A stretch of 20,000 nucleotides of DNA, taken from IMG/VR virus record IMGVR_UViG_3300009163_000001, one strand, 5' to 3'. The translations under genes and the position numbers were made by a program. Numbering within the stretch: the first letter of the stretch is position 1; every line of letters begins with the position of its first letter. Source of the DNA: an uncultured virus (IMG/VR IMGVR_UViG_3300009163_000001) (Duplodnaviria > Heunggongvirae > Uroviricota > Caudoviricetes). A model generated the notes under the pieces. The model did no database searches. It had not been told where the DNA came from and worked only from the letters and a program-made list of their open reading frames with translations. Of the stretch, positions 17,174-20,000 are shown one piece after another.

Positions 17174-17296
17174 ATGCATGATCTTGTATTCACTATACAG
17201 AAAGTTACTACTGTGATGGGAGTATGTTGTGGATTGTTTGGTATGCTTATGATTCTTATTGGTACTCTTATGGCATTCATTGGAGAAACACTATGA
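17174..17296 (+). CDS. Small putative membrane protein (40 aa)
   Basis: GAGGA SD before ATG 17174 (in frame with the listed 17039 ORF); hydrophobic VMGVCCGLFGMLMILIGTLMAFIG; stop overlaps the next ATG. Confidence 0.65.
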   Translation: MHDLVFTIQKVTTVMGVCCGLFGMLMILIGTLMAFIGETL

Positions 17297-17583
17297 TAAC
17301 TCAGTACCATAGTAATGGATTCAGCATTAACTTTGTCAACGGCTATAGTATATCTGTGATATGGAACACAGGTTCTTATAGTGACAATAGGTCTAACTTT
17401 TTACCTACCTCGTCAACTGTTGAAGTAGGTATCTTTGCTACTGCTGATGGAACGAGTAAGTTTATACGACCTGATTATCGGTTTGAACCTGAAGAATCTA
17501 ATGATGTTATTCCGTTTGTTGAGGTGGAGTTACTCGCTAAATTGATTGCGTGGACTAGTGGGTTACGGAGTGTAACACCATGA
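17293..17583 (+). CDS. Hypothetical phage protein (96 aa)
   Basis: GGAG SD and ATGA overlap support a start at 17293; FxNGYxxSV...E pattern seen in small phage early proteins. Confidence 0.8.
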   Translation: MITQYHSNGFSINFVNGYSISVIWNTGSYSDNRSNFLPTSSTVEVGIFATADGTSKFIRPDYRFEPEESNDVIPFVEVELLAKLIAWTSGLRSVTP

Positions 17584-17900
17584 GTAGTGTACCATTGCAT
17601 AAGAAGGGTAACACTAAGGTACTAAAGGTTAGTGATGGCTATGATGTTACTCTATACGGACATCTTATAGTACAAGTGCGTGGTAACCTTATCCACATGA
17701 ATACTTGTGGCTATAGTACGGCTACCACTAAACAGCGTATGAACATGGTACTCGCTATTGAAGGGATCAACATTCGTGTTGGTTCTGTTAAGGGTAGGTG
17801 GTACTGTGGTAACAATCCGTTCTGTCATCAACTCAATACATATTACTATGGCGTACATAATAATAACTTGTATTGTACTATCAATAAGGATAACGCATAA
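17580..17900 (+). CDS. Hypothetical phage protein (106 aa)
   Basis: GGAG SD, ATGA overlap; GYSTATTKQRMN resembles the GxxTxTTKxRxN motif of uncharacterised phage early proteins. Confidence 0.82.
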   Translation: MSSVPLHKKGNTKVLKVSDGYDVTLYGHLIVQVRGNLIHMNTCGYSTATTKQRMNMVLAIEGINIRVGSVKGRWYCGNNPFCHQLNTYYYGVHNNNLYCTINKDNA

Positions 17901-18100
17901 TGAATAAGTTATGGATGTTTACTGCTAACTTGCAAGGTATTGACCTTACTAAAGAGAACTGTCCTAGTGTGTGGTTATGTAATGCACCCACTATGGATGA
18001 TGCTATTAAAGCATTGCGTCAACAAGAGTTCTTTACATATCCTGATATGAACTATCCACAAGTTTGGACTAATCCTACTGAGGTGCTATGCTATGAGTGA
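17900..18100 (+). CDS. Hypothetical protein (66 aa)
   Basis: AAGGA SD, TAATG stop/start coupling. Confidence 0.75.
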   Translation: MNKLWMFTANLQGIDLTKENCPSVWLCNAPTMDDAIKALRQQEFFTYPDMNYPQVWTNPTEVLCYE

Positions 18101-18317
18101 AGCAATGACTAACTATGAGATGCTTACTAAACAACCTACACTACCACCTAATGTTGGTGGGTATGTGTGGTGTGGTACTCTAAGAGATGGTAAACGATTT
18201 CGTACTACTAGTTCTAACCTATACTATATGCTTGCAATAAATATCTATCGGGGTAACCTCTATGAGGTTAACCAAGTTACAGGTAAGCGTAAGCGTATCA
18301 GAAGTGTGTGGAACTAA
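18093..18317 (+). CDS. Hypothetical basic protein (74 aa)
   Basis: GAGGT SD; overlaps the upstream stop. Confidence 0.75.
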   Translation: MSEAMTNYEMLTKQPTLPPNVGGYVWCGTLRDGKRFRTTSSNLYYMLAINIYRGNLYEVNQVTGKRKRIRSVWN

Positions 18318-18442
18318 TGGTAGTAGGTAACCGCTATTGGTGTGACCGTTATAAAGATTGGTATACTGTGCTTACATTAGATGGTACACTTATGTGTATC
18401 CTAATGGATAGTGGTACTATTATTAGTAGGTTATCACCATGA
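18317..18442 (+). CDS. Small hypothetical protein (41 aa), below the ORF-track cutoff
   Basis: TAATG coupling upstream and ATGA coupling downstream; MVVGNRYWCDRYKDWYTVLTLDG... Confidence 0.55.
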   Translation: MVVGNRYWCDRYKDWYTVLTLDGTLMCILMDSGTIISRLSP

Positions 18443-18534
18443 GTGATACACCTTTATTTGTATGGGTAGAGTTATGCCTAATCGTATTAGGTGTATGCAT
18501 ACTACCCTTTCTTAAGGAGAATAGTAATGGCTGA
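18439..18534 (+). CDS. Small putative membrane peptide (31 aa)
   Basis: MSDTPLFVWVELCLIVLGVCILPFLKENSNG; ATGA overlap; stop overlaps the next gene start. Confidence 0.5.
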   Translation: MSDTPLFVWVELCLIVLGVCILPFLKENSNG

Positions 18535-18748
18535 TTGCGATGAACCGTATCTTTCACAAGACGAACACTTGGTAAAGTCTTGTGCTGATACTTGGGATAG
18601 AAAATTAGAAGAGCATAATGATAATGCTAATGACCCTATTACACACAGTCATAATGATTGTTTGTGGTTAGTTGTTAGGTTGTTAGCACAGCGTGTAGTA
18701 GAACTACAGGCTGATATAACTATGTTAAAGGGTAAACATGAAGCGTAA
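18527..18748 (+). CDS. Hypothetical protein (73 aa)
   Basis: Strong TAAGGAG SD before ATG 18527, preferred over GTG 18491. Confidence 0.78.
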   Translation: MADCDEPYLSQDEHLVKSCADTWDRKLEEHNDNANDPITHSHNDCLWLVVRLLAQRVVELQADITMLKGKHEA

Positions 18749-18851
18749 ACAAATTGATTGGGTTATGGTAGTTGGAAGGCTAGTCTTGTGGACTACCTTC
18801 TTGATTGGAATGACCTATGTTATGAAAGGATTGCACTATGATAAATCGTAA
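18738..18851 (+). CDS. Small putative membrane peptide (37 aa)
   Basis: MKRKQIDWVMVVGRLVLWTTFLIGMTYVMKGLHYDKS; AAGGGT SD-like; fills the gap and overlaps both neighbours. Confidence 0.55.
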   Translation: MKRKQIDWVMVVGRLVLWTTFLIGMTYVMKGLHYDKS

Positions 18852-19128
18852 GGTTACTATTAGTGGGTATCAGTTTATATTGGTTCAGCAGATGTGTAGA
18901 GAGATGGTAGTAATGCTAGTCGAGAGATTAGCAGATGCTACTAAGTGGCGTGAAGATAGTTATGATACTGAGGTTGATCGTACACTCGCTCTTGATCGTA
19001 TCATGGGTGAGATTAGGGATGTTACTACCTTACATACCTACATGGGTTCGCATAAGAACTTTGAGATGGTAAAGGAGGAAGATGAGTCTAATAGAATCAT
19101 CCAAGAACTAAGGGATACCGATGCTTAA
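18838..19128 (+). CDS. Hypothetical helical protein (96 aa)
   Basis: AAAGGA SD; overlaps the next gene. Confidence 0.78.
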   Translation: MINRKVTISGYQFILVQQMCREMVVMLVERLADATKWREDSYDTEVDRTLALDRIMGEIRDVTTLHTYMGSHKNFEMVKEEDESNRIIQELRDTDA

Positions 19129-19585
19129 TAAACAATTCTTCGATTCACTTGATCACTCTGATTGTATTGATGATGTACTAGATGAGGTTGGTAAGTCACT
19201 TAAGACTGTGGGTATATGGGCTAACAACAAATACAGTAATGTATGTAATGAATTGGATGAAGCCAACCGTATTATCCAAGAGTTGAAAGATGAACTAGAA
19301 GGCAATCTTGCGAGTAAAGAAGCAACATCTCATACTGTATGTGAACTACAGCATGAGAATGGATGCCTTGAGATATGGTATCATAAGTATGTACAATTAG
19401 AGGCTTCTAATGCAGCACTTGTTAAGGACTATAACGCTCTTCATGTTAAGCATGAAGAACTAGTACGCAAGAGTACCTATCTTGTATCATGGTCACGCTA
19501 TGATGCTATGTTGAAAGACTACATTGATCTTGTTAGCAAGGTCAAGGATGGTACTGCTCTTGAGTATATCAAAGGACTAAAGTAA
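19121..19585 (+). CDS. Hypothetical coiled-coil protein (154 aa)
   Basis: AAGGGA SD; extended heptad pattern. Confidence 0.8.
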   Translation: MLNKQFFDSLDHSDCIDDVLDEVGKSLKTVGIWANNKYSNVCNELDEANRIIQELKDELEGNLASKEATSHTVCELQHENGCLEIWYHKYVQLEASNAALVKDYNALHVKHEELVRKSTYLVSWSRYDAMLKDYIDLVSKVKDGTALEYIKGLK

Positions 19586-19803
19586 TGTATCAAAAAGATC
19601 AAGATCCTAGAACAGTTTATTATGTTGTAGGTGATAAAGTATTTGAAGATAACGGTGAGGTTAAAGTATGGAGTCAACACGCTACTAAAGATAGTGCTGA
19701 GAAAGCAGTAGCAAGGCGTAATAAGAAACTAAAGAAGAAGAAGTATTACTTAGTTTCTCAATTGTTTTATTGGATGAGTGAGATGGATGGTGTTCGTAAG
19801 TAA
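19585..19803 (+). CDS. Hypothetical protein with basic stretch (72 aa)
   Basis: AAGGA SD, TAATG coupling. Confidence 0.78.
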   Translation: MYQKDQDPRTVYYVVGDKVFEDNGEVKVWSQHATKDSAEKAVARRNKKLKKKKYYLVSQLFYWMSEMDGVRK

Positions 19804-19811
19804 GGAAACAT

Positions 19812-20000
19812 ATGGAATATAAATACATAGTGATGGTGCGCTATAGTGAGGTAGACCGATGGGTTTACTATGGTATCTACGATAATAAGTATGATGCTAA
19901 CCGTGCTACTAATGGTTTGATTGACAGTAAGAATGGGGTAGATGCTCGTTGTGTTTACCACACAGATTACCTTACAGAAGTGGAGTTACTCAATGCCTAA
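19812..20000 (+). CDS. Hypothetical protein (62 aa)
   Basis: TAAGGA SD; stop codon ends at the window edge. Confidence 0.75.
   Translation: MEYKYIVMVRYSEVDRWVYYGIYDNKYDANRATNGLIDSKNGVDARCVYHTDYLTEVELLNA

Larger units (their letters stand above)
1..20000 (+). mobile_element. Tailed bacteriophage genome fragment (podovirus-like): late virion genes, non-coding junction, early genes
   Basis: Co-oriented genes, phage lysozyme fused to a large protein, giant virion-type ORF, then many small overlapping hypothetical ORFs; no host housekeeping genes. Confidence 0.93.

Noticed and set aside
15284..18026. 15-bp match GCATTGCGTCAACAA (ALRQQ) in two unrelated early ORFs
   Set aside because: No flanking similarity; not distinguishable from chance plus codon bias.

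Overview
Fragment of a tailed, podovirus-like phage genome (gene logic resembles T7/phiKMV-type phages); every credible gene is on the + strand. 2-13918 holds two late, probably virion-internal (ejection) proteins. The first is 5'-truncated and ends in a GH24 lysozyme domain. The second is a 3723-aa giant that by eye carries a Gly/Ala-rich hydrophobic segment, a zincin HExxH motif, an apparently complete ECF/sigma70-like domain (regions 2 and 4) and a PTEAAK repeat linker. 13919-15047 is non-coding and palindrome-rich, probably the genome end/start junction, and includes a ~470-nt densely structured leader. 15048-20000 is an early-type region of small, coupled hypothetical genes with two covarying RNase III-like hairpin/RBS cassettes and a second hairpin array (16686-17148). 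The top candidate for novelty is a sigma-factor-like domain embedded, downstream of a metalloprotease motif, in an injected virion protein. All domain calls are by-eye motif recognition; no searches were run.
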